63,653 nucleotides of DNA, filler included, from Folioceros fuciformis (GCA_049999805.1; 10 parts of 10 records of this genome joined end to end with filler, not necessarily neighbours in it), one strand, 5' to 3'. Counted from the first letter of the whole stretch, positions 1 through 11,403 are shown. Numbers and translations are program-made. Notes: generated by a model from the letters alone, not told the origin.

Positions 1-526
1 GTCGGCAATCAGTGCCCGGGGTTTTGCCTCCACAGGGGAACAAGCCACCTCCCCACTCGAACAAACAACAGTGACTGAATGCAGTTCCTGCTATGTGTTC
101 TCTCCGGCTTGTGGTGGCTGTTGTAGCTCGCTCGTTGCATCATCTAGTTCATAAGTGAAAGAGTGGAGAGTCTCGAGCGGGTAGAAGCTGTAAGGCCCAA
201 GTTGCCGAAGAGACGGCGTGGAGCTGGAGTTGTGCCTAAATATGCACAGGAGAAGGATGCAAGCGTGAGTATGGAGAGTTTCAAGATGGCTATCACAAAA
301 CCTCTGCCAGACGATTGATTATAGTGCATCCAATGATGCTCTTCACGTTGCAGCTCCCCCTGCCTCTAACTGCCGAGATAAGTCTCCCTCTTGAGCAGAC
401 CAATCCCTTGTGTGTGCTTGAGGTGGAGCTTCTTTGTGAGTCCCTTTGTCAGAAGGTCGGCTGTGTTCTCAGTTGTGCTCACATACTTAAGCTTTGCGTG
501 CTTATTCGCCACTACTTGTCTGTAGG

Positions 527-875
527 GTTAATAAAGCCCAATGTGCTTAGAATAATGTGTTTAGTCTAAGATTAGTGTTTAGTGAAGTACCATTAGTTTA
601 GATTAGCTTAAGCTAATATGTAGGAAGCTTCTTGCGCAGCTTCCTGTGTGCTTCTTGTGAAGCTTCCTAGGGAGCTCTTCTAGAGGGTATAAATACCCCC
701 TTATCTCCCTTGCATATTGAGACTCTGTGTAAGAGTGTTACCTCTATTTCTCCTCTCCTCCTTGCCTCCTCCTTTCCTCCTTTGCTATGTAGCTCATGTA
801 GAGATCTTACATTGTCGAATGAAGTGGTGCTAGATCTCAATGTGCTTCGTCCTTGCGTGCAGAACGAGGTTTAAC
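527..875 (+). mobile_element. LTR-like insertion (probable solo LTR with eroded termini) inside Copia RNase H
   Basis: Non-coding block bounded by GTTAA (527-531) and TTAAC (871-875), with TATAAATA at ~688 and a downstream CT-rich tract. It separates two RNase H pieces. No TSD visible. Confidence 0.6.
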
Positions 876-1212
876 GTCATGACGATGGCTGACTAATTGT
901 CACACTGCAGCTCTGTCGGTTGTTCCTGATCTTCATGTATGTCGTGTAGGAATTGGCGGATCCATAGTCCCTCCTTTGCAGCTAGGGATGTGGCTGCATA
1001 CTCTGCCTCTGTTGATGATAGGCATACTGTTTGCATTTTCTTGCATGCCCAGGAAACAGCGCTTGTGTTTATCGTCATACAGTATGCAAATGTCGACTTG
1101 CGAGTGTTCGGGTCACCTGCCTAGTCAACATTTGAGAAGGGAGTCAGTAAGCACTTCTGGGTACTGTGATCGCCTCTATATGCTATGCCAAGTGACTTCG
1201 TTCCCTTTAGGT

Positions 1213-1479
1213 TGATGAAATATATCTAGTTTAGGGCACTATTCATTAGGGCTGTAGTATTTAGCTTATTTACGTCTATAGCGTTAGCTAAATACTTTGT
1301 AGTTATTCTAGGTAGTTAGTAGTTGCAACCACTTACGGTTACAACTACTTATAGTTGTAACCACCCAACCACCTCAACCACCTCAACCACCTAGCCTATA
1401 TAAAGGCTTGTACTTTACTTCATTATAATTCAATTACATTCTGTGATTTGCATCTAAGAGCAAGGCTAGATTTTCATCA
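1213..1479 (+). mobile_element. Solo LTR (267 bp) with 5-bp target-site duplication TAGGT
   Basis: Termini TGATGAAA...TTTCATCA form a perfect 8-bp inverted repeat. TAGGT at 1208-1212 and 1480-1484. Internal CTATATAAA. Excision restores the host RT frame. Confidence 0.95.
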
Positions 1480-2099
1480 TAGGTAACGTAGGATCCTCTT
1501 TACGCAAGTCCAGTGAGCCATGCCGAGGTTTGACAAATACCTTGATGCCATGTTCACAGCTTGGGCGATGTCAGGTCTTGTCCATATGAATAGGTAGAGT
1601 AAACTCCCTACTGCCTCACTGTAGGGCACATTCGCCATTTCTTTTTGCATGCTCAGGTGTTGTTGGGCTATCAGGGTTTAGCTTCCTTCGGAAGCTCCAT
1701 TCGCAAGAGATGGGCTTTCTGCCATGTGGTAGATCAGTGAGAAACCAGGTTTTATTTGAGATAAGTGAATCGTACTCTAATTGGACTACTGCCTTCCATT
1801 CGGGTGTGTTGAGGGCTTCCTCAATTGTTTGGGGAACTCCTTGCATCTCGATGGCTGAATATGCCTGGTGCATGATGAGGTGTAGTTGATTCATGTGTGT
1901 CTGTGTATCTGTAGGGTTACCTCTCGGGTTGATGGGTCGAAGAGCTTGTAGTCTTTGAGCTAATTTGAGTACCCTATGAAGAGGAGCTTTTTGCCCTTGT
2001 TGTCCCATTTTTTTCTGGTGTTATCTGCTATGTGAGCAAAGGCTGGGCTGCCAAAAATTCGAAGGTGGGAGATGCAGGGCTTGTGCCTGTCCAACGCTC

Positions 2100-3345
2100 A
2101 AAAGGTGTGGTGTTTGGTAGTTCCTTGGTGGGCAAACAATTTTTCAGGTAAATGGCGGTGGATACGGCTTCCACCCAATGACCGCGGGAAAGTCCTAAGA
2201 GTTTAAGGAGGGATCTGGAGATTTCGAGTATGGACCTATTGAGTCTTTCTACAAATGGGTTCTCTTGAGGTGTGTGGGGTACTATATATTGACGTTGAAT
2301 GTCGTGTGATCTACAGAATTGCTGAAAGTCTTTGCTGACGTATTCCCCCCTGTTATCAGTGCGTAGGATGGAGGCTGGGAATCCTGTGTGATGTGTTCTA
2401 CTACTAAGACGAACTCTTGGAAATGGGTGAGAGCCTCACTTTTATGTTTGAGAAAGAAGATGTGGCAGTACCGACTCCACTCGTTGAGAAAAGCGATAAA
2501 ATACTGGTGGCCTCCAAAGAAAATGGTACTCATTGGGCCGCAGATGTCTGAATGGACAACTTCTAAGAGCTTGCGGGCACGAGTTGGAGTAGTGTTGTTG
2601 GTGAAAGGAAGTTGGTTGAGTTTTGTGTACTAACATATTTCACAAAAGAAGTCTGGAGAAACCTTGAGTTTGAAAGGATCTCTGTACATGTCAGGATTTG
2701 CAAATTGATTCAAGTATCGAGGGTTCATGTGTCCAGCTCTACAGTGCAAGAGGAGTGACTCTTTGTATGAGCTATGGGATGTTCCGTCGACGAGGAGTGA
2801 GGAGAAAGATTGTATGTTCAAGAGGTATAATTCGTTGTATGGGAGGCCATGAGCTAGGGTTGTGCTACCTGGGTCACAGGAGTGGTGAATGGTGTAGTGG
2901 TTACCTTGGAAAGTGATTACCAGATTGTGTTCTGCGGCGAGCTTCCTCACTGAGAGCAAATTCTTCGTCATTGTAGGGACATGGAGTACGCCATTAATGG
3001 TGAATGTTTTGCCGTTGGATAGTTGGAGTTGGACGTCCCCAGTTCCTTCAACTGAGAGAGCATTGTCGTCTCCTAATAGCACATGCTAATAAGAGAGCAC
3101 ATCATGGTAAGTGCTGAACATATCCTTACAGCTGCAAATGTGTGTTGTGGCTCCAGAGTCGACGAACCATTTGGTCTTGTCAGTCCTTGTGAGGGTGAGG
3201 CACACGGCCAGGATAGAGTTTGCTGGAGTAGTCTTCGCAATGGTGAGATGGGACTCGTTTCTGGGTATGTCTCTCCTTGGTTCTTCGTTTTGTTTCTTCT
3301 TGCACTCATACTTGAAGTGGCCTCGTATTTTACACTAGTTGCAAG
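2100..3345 (-). pseudogene. Copia zinc knuckle, aspartic protease, GAG-pre-integrase and integrase core, with stops and frameshifts
   Basis: Motifs DSGATTH, GVLHVPTMTKNLLSV, LHCRAGHMN...CEIC, VVHSDICGPM, YFIAFLNEWSRY. Confidence 0.9.
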
Positions 3346-3540
3346 TGCTCTTTTGTGGTGGTTTGCTTGTGAAGCGATTGTTGGGGCTAAAGTTGCCTTG
3401 TGTTGCCTACCCAAATGGCTTGCGGGTTGAGAGATTGTTTCGGAAGCCTCCTCTTTGAGCTCCACGGCCTCTTGATGTAAAGAGTGTGTGGTTAGGCCCG
3501 GTTGAAGGCCTTTGGGTTGTTGTTCGGCTGGCTTCCTCTT

Positions 3541-3873
3541 CTAGGAGTGTGCTCCGAGAACCTCTGCGAATGTGTATGCAGGTATAGATCCTGATTGAGC
3601 TGCACTTTGAGCTTGGCATAGGGCTGAACTCTGCGACCTCACGAACGTTCTATATGATGCAGGAAGGGATGTTAGTAATGCGACTGCTGCTTGGTACTCG
3701 TTTAGTGTGGTACCACTGGATGTGAGTTTTTCTCTCGCAAATTTGAAATTGTGTACGTGCTGCTCAATTGTTTCGTTTTCCTTCATTCTCAGAAGATAGA
3801 ATTGTCGTGTGGCATTTACAATTGACATGGAGCTTTGTGCTGCAAACATGTCCTTGAACACTGTGGACTTCAC
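3541..3873 (-). pseudogene. Copia gag fragment (Retrotran_gag_2/UBN2-like)
   Basis: ORF ...RQFYLLRMKENETIEQHVHNF...AVALLTSLPASYRTFV matches the Copia gag pattern (LxM..E.I..H...F; LL.SLP.SY..F). Confidence 0.85.
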
Positions 3874-5469
3874 ATGCTGAACAGACCCCTGGGAAATGAT
3901 GGGTTCTTTTTTTTTTTTGGATTTGTGAGTGAGTGTTGTAGAGGAAAGGTTAGAAGATTCGGTTAGATTAGAGTTAGATCAGAGTTAGGGTTAGGATTAG
4001 GTCGAACTTAGGTTTAGGGTTTGGACGAGTGGAGGGTTCTGTCTAAGGTGTGCTGACCTGGTTAGGCAGTGGCAGGGGTTTCGGGCCAAGGGAGTATAAG
4101 AGGCCAGGCCTGTTATTGAGGGGGGAGGTTTTTTTGGTGAGAGCTCCCTTGACCTTGTGTGCAGGCTACTGGTTTAGAGGGTTAATCCAGTGTGCAGATG
4201 CACCTCGGCCTTGATTCCCCATGCCACTAGGGGAACGTGACGGCTCCCAAAATTGCTGAGATCTGGGTGGCCAGATCCGCAAGGGCTGACCTTTCTTGCA
4301 TGCAGGTTGGGTGGTTGGGGTACCTTGATGTCCCTAAGGGGTTTCCAAGGCGACGGATTGCAGGGCTGTGAGCCAAGGAGGCTATGCAGCCTCGGTCTGC
4401 ACATCCCTGCCTCAAGGACTACAAGTGAGGGGCTGTTGTGTTCCAAAATCTAGGAGTGAACCGTGAGGGTGAAGGGATGAAGGGTTGAAAAGTTCAAGTG
4501 CTGGAGTAGAGATTTGAAGTGCTGGAGTGTGGAGTTGGTGTGCTGAGGTGAGGAGCTTAGGTGCTAAAGTTCTCAATCAGCTGCTGAGGTGGCTAGCATT
4601 TAGGGCTGAGAGTGGAGGCCAAGGCTAGGGTTGGGACCTCCTCTCAGTTGCTGAGGCGGCTGATACTTGGAGTTGTAAGAGGGAGCTGAAGATGATGCTG
4701 GAGTTCTCATTCAGCTGGAGCTGTGGTTGGCGTTGAAGACAGGGCTAAGGATTCTGATCTTTTTTGCTGTAGTGAGGCTAGGGCTAGGAGCCAGCTGATA
4801 GATAGGGTTAGATTAGGGCAGTGTGGGAAGATTGTAGAAAACCTTGACACTAGTTCACTCCCTTGGGAGCGAATCATAGTACTACAACGATAATAAGGGG
4901 ATGTGTGGCCCTTTGGTGGTTCTTGGGTGCAAGAAATCACTCCATAAACACCTTCCAGATCTCATGGGTAGTATTTTGGCCTCTATACCTACTCTATAAG
5001 TTGGTCGTGTTGACGATCATTGTGCTGACAATTGGATTGGTTTCCATGGATCTTGCCTTTCATCTTTGGGGATTGTGTTTCAACAGAGGATCGAAATTAG
5101 GCGTATGCGGCGTGCAGATTACTGGCAACAACTCACAAACATGTCACGCATGATGGCGGTTATGATCTCCATCTGGGACTCAAGTCGGATGATTTGGACT
5201 CGAAGGTGGTCCTCGGGGAAGAGTTCGAAATGGGGTCTAAAGAATTCACTGGATCTAAAGTGCCTTGCGCGGTCGTTGCAAGGTCCAATTGCTAGGCGGG
5301 GCTACGGCGCCTGTGGTGCGGTGGAGGCTGGTGTGTGCCTTCGCAGCGTCTTGCTTGTTCAAGATCGGTTGCTCAGGTTGCCGTGTGCCTTGCTTCATGC
5401 CATGGGGCCTAGCTGCAACGACCCAGGCCTGAAGTGCTGAAGCAAAGCCATACAGCGAGGAGCAACGAA

Positions 5470-5481
5470 GCTTTGATACCA
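5470..5481 (-). promoter_or_regulatory. Primer-binding site complementary to initiator tRNA-Met
   Basis: Minus strand reads TGGTATCAAAGC, one mismatch from canonical TGGTATCAGAGC. Confidence 0.8.
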
Positions 5482-5482
5482 T

Positions 5483-5683
5483 TTAGAAACAGGCAACTTG
5501 AAAAAAGAATAATTTATTCATATCGTGAACTCCTTATATACAAGTTTGATTAGCGGTTAAACCATCTTAACTATCATAACAGTCTATTTACAACCGTAGA
5601 AACTACTTATGTTGCCCTAAGTCGAACCGTGCCCTAAATTCAATTCTTCTCCATTCCGTCGGCATATCATGGTGGTAACAACA
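5483..5683 (-). repeat. Short (~200 bp) LTR between a PPT and a PBS
   Basis: Minus strand begins TGTTG at 5683 just after TTGAGGGGAGTA (5684-5695) and ends next to the PBS. TATA-like TATATAAG at ~5545. Confidence 0.6.
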
Positions 5684-5684
5684 T

Positions 5685-5918
5685 ACTCCCCTCAACCCTG
5701 GCCACCACACCAACCTTCAAATCCCACTAGGCACTATGCATACACATAGCTGGCACCGGCACTTGTCCTCAGCTAAGCACGAACAGATCAGGAGAGCAAG
5801 ACATGACATCCCTTACAATCAAGAGTTCAGAACACTCCCCTCAACCCTGGCCATCACACTACCCTTCAGATCCTGCTAGGCGCTGTGCATACATACAGCT
5901 AGCACCACCACTTGTCCT
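5685..5918. repeat. Two ~85-bp direct repeats (5685-5768 and 5834-5918), each starting with a PPT-like ACTCCCCTCAA
   Basis: ACTCCCCTCAACCCTGGCCA..CAC...CCTTCA.ATCC...TAGGC.CT.TGCATACA...AGCT.GCACC...CACTTGTCCT occurs twice, offset 149 bp. Confidence 0.85.
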
Positions 5919-7910
5919 AGAGGAATCAGGGACAAACCATGAGAGAAAGGTGTGAGATGACAAAAACAACCCTACATGTTTTCTCCACCTTATAGGAGGT
6001 CCCCTCTCACCTACCTCACTTCTCTCTTGCAAGGTTATTATTATTTTAATACGTCAGCTAAGACTGGCATATTGTCCCCAGTCACTAATTTAATCTATCC
6101 TAGTATTTGACCTACTATCAGTATTAATGGGTCAGCCCTACCACTAGTTGACACTTGTACCACAAGGATCTCCAACTATTAAACTATTCTAAGGTAGTGA
6201 ATACTAACTAATCTTTCTAGATCTTGTGGGCGCCGCCTTTGAAGGGTGTTTCTCGGCCTTCTCCTGCCATTGTCCTACAGTTAGGTGGGCACGTCCCTTG
6301 GATAGTTGGATCTGTCAACTAGATAGTTATTGCCATTCCACTTGCAACCACCACAACAGTTCCCTCAACAGCTGCCTCTAGCCATCATGTTCGACACTCA
6401 ATCAGTTCCTTGAACTAACTAGTCAGTAGGTTCATTAGTCCATAGTCAGTTGGTATACTAATTGGAGGTGAGCTAGTTTCTAACCAGGAAAATTGAGGAG
6501 TAGTGTTAGTGGAGAGTTGCAGGAGTTGACTTCTCGCTGGAATAAGATGGCAGATAGGCAATCAACCCATTTGACCGGTAGGTCAAAAAAATTGGTAAGT
6601 GCTGGTGTAGCCAAAAATTCCTAAGGGTCAGTTGGTCAATTCCTCATTTGAATACGGTTGTGGCTAGAGGCCCCTAGGACTAGTGAGAGTAGTGGGATGA
6701 GAAGGTGGAGTGACTTGAGAAGGAGAGGGGTCAGCAGTCTGAGGTAGGCCTGAAAACGGCACTCCCCACCGCGGAAACGAGATTTAACAGAGAGCTTGCC
6801 ATGACGGCCATAGACTATCCAGAGGGTGCCTGATCATTCCTTTGGCAGTCCCGTGGGCCAAGTAGAAGGAGAGAGATTTCGGGCCAATTAATGAAATTAA
6901 GAAAAGAAAAGAATAGGGAAAAGGGGGAAAAGGGGAAGATAAAAAAACAAAAAAAAAAAAGAAAAAAAAAAGTAAGAGAGGTAAGGGGAGGGGAGACGGG
7001 ATCGTGAAATCCATTGCCTGTAGCAAATATACATTATGCATAGAGGCCCAAGGTAGACATGGTAATAGATATGACCTTCAAAGATGCTAGTGATGGGATT
7101 TGTACATGGGATGCAACGGTTTTGCTAGGTAGTGGAATGGGCTGGTGCCACCCATTGAGCAAAAATTACATTTGTATGCTTCTGTGCGGAAGTCGGCCCA
7201 GGGTGTAGGTGTCTACGTTGGCTTCCCTTGTGTGAGCTCCCTACGTGGGAGTACCCGCTCCTCCCTTCTGTGAGCTGCCTGCATGAGAGTACTTGCTCCT
7301 ATAATCGTATCCCTCATGTGAGGAGTCTACGTGAGGGAGATCACCCGTTCGCATTGTATTTATCAAACTTATGCGGTGGTGCTCACATCTCAATACTAAA
7401 CAATGTCTGAAACATTTCGAGTCTGTCTGCTAACCCTTTTTTCCTCTTTTTGTGTGCACATTTGCACATTCCTTGCTTCTCACCCTCCTATATCCAACAG
7501 TTTTGTTGTTATTGGGCTGGACATGCTCGGCACTTAGTACATCTCAAGTTTCAAAATAGACGTTTTGTAGGAGTGGATTCCCAACAAGTCTTGGTAATGA
7601 TATTCTTGTGAAACAAAAGCACGTATTTCAAAGTTCACAGAACTTTGAGGTGCGCCCTTCGGCGCACCATAACCCTATCCTTTCTACTATTGTCTCATTG
7701 ACACTACCTACCGTTCATGTCGTAGAGATTTTTGCTGCTCTGTAATTGGAACAATGATATTGTCCCTCATCTCTTTGTGGCTTGGTAACATCCTAGGGTG
7801 TTGGTTGCTATCTTCTGTAGACATTAGAAGGTTTCAAGTTGCTCCTCATCCCATGTGTCATCGTCCGAGTGTTGCGGTGCCGCCTTTGACAAATCTTCAG
7901 GGGTGCATGA

Positions 7911-9610
7911 TTAGCTTCCTTTCCCCTTCCCTTTGTCCTCTTCTTCGAATGTCCTTACGTTTGACTGAGTTCTTAGAGGTCCCTCACTACAGTCCCTTCC
8001 ACCATTTGTATTACATGCGCCCTCTGTTTCACTGACCTTCCAATAGAAAGTTCCTTGTGTCACTTGCCCAAGTATGCAACCATTTCCTAAGATCACCATT
8101 TATAACCTGGTATTCCAGCTCGACTTCTACAAATGATGCGCATCGTAAACTAGAACAAAAAACGATATGAATGAGGTTCAATTTCTTTGCCTTCATTATC
8201 CAGATTTTCATACCACTCACCGTCAACTCCCCTTGGACAACTTTCTCGAGAGCAGACATCATGATATGATCCCCTGCCTCCCCGGGGGGCATACCCTCCA
8301 TGCAATAGTGTGCATTGGTTTAATAATAAGGGTAGGGTCTCTAACTGCCGGCTCTGCATTTGCATTTTCTCTTCTTGTTTTTCCCTGTTTGCTCGCCTTC
8401 TTCCTACTACCTTGTTTCGGAAGCTCACCCCTTTCCCACAAGCTAAAGACGTCATCTACCTTGTGCCAAACATGTGCGGGAACACTTGCAATACAGAGAA
8501 CAAGTGTCACCAGACGTTGCTTTTCTTCTCTGTCATTTGCGCCCCCAATGACTCCAAGCATCCTATACAAATCATAGTGCCACGTCATTGTTATTGGAAT
8601 TGCCTACTCGCCTGCAATCTTCAACTCATCGTGAATGTATCAAACTTGTTCAATGAAAGACATTTTCTTCTGAAAATCCGCCTTGATGTTATGGTCGTTA
8701 GCCATACACCTCATTTCCTTCTGCGTTAGTCCTGCATAGATGTGTGCCTCCATATACTGGTAGAGAGAGTTCTCGGGGTCTTCTGCAAAACGCTACTAGA
8801 ATGCATAAAAATTGTGGTTCCCACCTAATATGCCCATTGTATACTTCTATTTCTTTAGTTTTTCACGATCAAAATTTGCAATTGTCGAGCACTCTTTAGG
8901 ATCAATCATACACAACAAGGGTAGAACATCTTCCTGCACAAGTCCCTTCTTTATCTCTCGTAGAAGATGCTTTCCCCATGACTCGTCGACTTGCCTTATT
9001 TGCGCATCTTTGGTTAGAAAGTTTGGGGAACGGAGCATGTTGATGGCGACCATGTCAGTATGCGGAATACATCGCTTGTGATGCGCAAACTCCCTCACGA
9101 GATTGATAGGGTCATTATGCTGCAAGGCCCTGCCAACCCTATCGCTATTAGTCAGAACAACCTTCGTAATAACTCTTCCTGTTGGAACCTCTTCTACACT
9201 GCCTTGTTTCTTCTTCCTTCTTGCCCTCATATTCCCTAGCCCTTTTCGGCATACTAGTGAATTAGCAACAATGAGTTAGAGATCATCATCATCTAACACA
9301 GAGTCTAAATCCTCACGATGACTCAACATTTCCTGCCGGACGCCTTGTGATTTTTTCCCTAATGCATCAAAGCGTTCCAACAATGTGTCTATGCTCGCTT
9401 TCTTCAAGATGTTGGACAATCGCTTTCATGCACCTTCACTTGCAATGTCTTGGAACACGTTGTCATCTTCGTCATCTTAATTTGGATGGTGTTTGGGATT
9501 GTCCTCTTCTTCTACATCCTCATCTTACCACTCACCACTATCGGCATTGTCATATACTTCTTCATTTTCACCTTGCAAATATCTCTTTGTATCCATCTCC
9601 ATGGATGCTT
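7911..9610 (-). pseudogene. Decayed ORF encoding a ParB/Sulfiredoxin-like (GGNH) domain protein, probably TE-borne
   Basis: Reading through stops in the frame shared by ORFs 8847-9230 and 8259-8588 gives IRQVDESWGKHLLREIKKG...LPLLCMID...MGILGGNHNFYAF**RF...EAHIYAGLTQKEMRCMANDHN...KMSFIEQV. An acidic N-terminal region precedes it and a frameshifted helical C-terminus (8029-8301) follows. Confidence 0.65.
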
Positions 9611-10527
9611 GTAAACGATAAAATGTTTAGAAATTCCCTAATAAGGTGTGCGACGGAGTGCTTTTTTGCTAAGTTCGGTGTGAAATCGGATTAAGTTGGA
9701 AGTAGGCCGAGATATTTATGCTCAAGAGCTCCTTGGCCCATGAAGTTTTTAAGTTTTGAGTTGGTTTGACCTATAACTGGTCTGTGGACCAAGGAGGGGG
9801 GGGGTGTTGGTTGTTCCTTGGCCTTCAGCCTTTGAACAAGTCATAAAAGCCTATATAAGGAGGGCCTCCATAACTATAGAGTTAGTCTGTGATTGGGGTT
9901 AGCTTGGGGGTAGGACATCATGGTCTGTGGACTTAGGCTGAGAAGGGAGATAGCAGAGGCTCTGTGACGATCGCGGAAGGTAGACGGTCATCGCGGAAGG
10001 GGCAGCAGGTAGCGGAAGCCGGGAGAGGTAGTGGAAGCCAGAACGACTGTGGACAAATGGAAACCCTAAGTGAGGACCCAAGTGTCCAAGAGTATTTTCA
10101 AAATGGAGCGCAACCACAATGGAAGCGGCATCAAGGAGCGAACTCGGTAGACAAAGGATGGGCGTACAGGCCGAGCACAGCGAACAGAGAAGGAGTAGTG
10201 AACACAGCGATTCCCTGACAGGCTCGAGGAAGTGCGAGGCTGTGAGGCATAGAATAGGAAGTGGTGGTGGCGCACAGTTAAACTCTGGAGCAGAGATGAA
10301 TGGAGGAAATAGCCGCTGATCTAACATTTGTAAAACTGTGTAGGGACGCCGCAGTTGGACCCATGGCACAAGTTGAGGTTGCGCTCTGGCCCAACATGGA
10401 CCACTAGAGGGCCCGGGTAGGCAGGCTGGTGGAGGAGCTAGGACTTGGGTTCATGATAAAACGATGGAATTACGTGAACCCAAGCCTGGTATAGGAGTGT
10501 ACACAGCAGCTACGAGGTGGGACGTCA

Positions 10528-10890
10528 GTGGAAGGTATTAGGGGAAGACCACAGGACTGGGATGTGGGGTTGGTAAGAGTAGTATATGGGCGCAGCCAAG
10601 AGGAGGCTGGCGGACTCATAATCGAGTCTCTGTGGAAGCGTAGCATGGTGGCAGCAGCAAAAGCCCTATTCAAATTGGGGATAGGGAGAGAGGCAAACAG
10701 TTGGCTGACACGAGAAATGGTGTTCGCTCAACTCATGGGCCTCGCCAAATGGCTCTTATGCTTCTTGCAACATAAGAAACAGGACTACCTATTGGATCAC
10801 ATGTTGTTGTTTCTGCATGAGGTCGTCAAGGGGAGCAGGATCGATTGGGGAAAAATCATCCTCGACCAACTCAATGAAGAGAAGCAAAAA
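10528..10890 (+). pseudogene. Remnant of a retroelement accessory ORF (putative plant transposon protein-like)
   Basis: LLFLHEVVKGSRIDWGKIILDQL resembles the G..IDW..II...L motif of plant LTR-element extra ORFs. Recognised by eye only. Confidence 0.4.
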
Positions 10891-11073
10891 CCTGACCTCT
10901 CCCACCCCCTGGCCGTCTCTAATTTCGCCTTTCCTAGGTCACTTGTATTCCCATGCTAACAGTTTGCTAGAGTTGGACATCGTTGCTTCCCTGCACATGT
11001 GGAAGCTTGTTGTCCCGCTCATCTCACTCACTCACCCGATGTGGATTTCGGAATGCAGTAGTTAGTTTGGGGA

Positions 11074-11403
11074 ATAGGGAAGGAGAAATCCTCCCGTGCC
11101 GCGGCTCTCACGGATTCGTCCTCCTCACCAACCGCCACAGAGCAGTGCGCTAGACTCCTTCTAGGAGCTTCTTGCGCACGCTACCCTCCTTAATAGCACG
11201 GGGATCTCAGCCGGAAGGCTGGTCTGCGCACACACTCAATTTCCGAGTACGATAGGTGACTCAGGCATAGGGAAGGAGAGATCCTTTCGTGCCACGGTTC
11301 TCGCGGATTCGTCCCCCTCACCACCGATTGCGGAGCAATGCTTGGGGACTCTCCCTACGAGCTTCTCATGCACGCCACCCTCCTTGGCAGTGCGGGGATC
11401 TCG
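11074..11403. repeat. Two diverged ~135-bp direct repeats (period 193 bp), same family as 63182-63653
   Basis: ATAGGGAAGGAG...GGATTCGTCC.CCTCACC...GAGCA...GAGCTTCT...GCACG...CCCTCCTT...GGGGATCTC at 11074 and 11267. Confidence 0.9.

Larger units (their letters stand above)
366..1850 (-). pseudogene. Copia RT remnants and RNase H, split by insertions at 527-875 and 1213-1479
   Basis: Removing 1213-1484 restores HWTCVKRILRYLKGTKSLGIAYRG. 893-1078 encodes SSTEAEY...CDN. 366-526 encodes LKYVSTTENTADLLTKGL. Confidence 0.88.
366..5683 (-). mobile_element. Degenerate Ty1/Copia LTR retrotransposon (LTR, PBS, long leader, gag-PR-INT, internally deleted RT, RNase H), interrupted by two nested LTR insertions
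   Basis: Minus-strand order is PBS (5470-5481), gag (3541-3873), zinc knuckle CN*CKIRGHFKYEC (~3300-3345), protease WFVDSGATTHIC (~3140-3175), GAG-pre/integrase (~2100-3082), RT start (VPQTIEEAL...WFLTDLPHGRKPISC), RT end (HWTCVKRILRYLKGT), RNase H ([25 protein letters not shown]), stop at 366-368. INT before RT is the Copia order. Confidence 0.9.

Noticed and set aside
3962-4023. True telomere or interstitial telomeric array
   Set aside because: Only a few degenerate units inside a retroelement leader.
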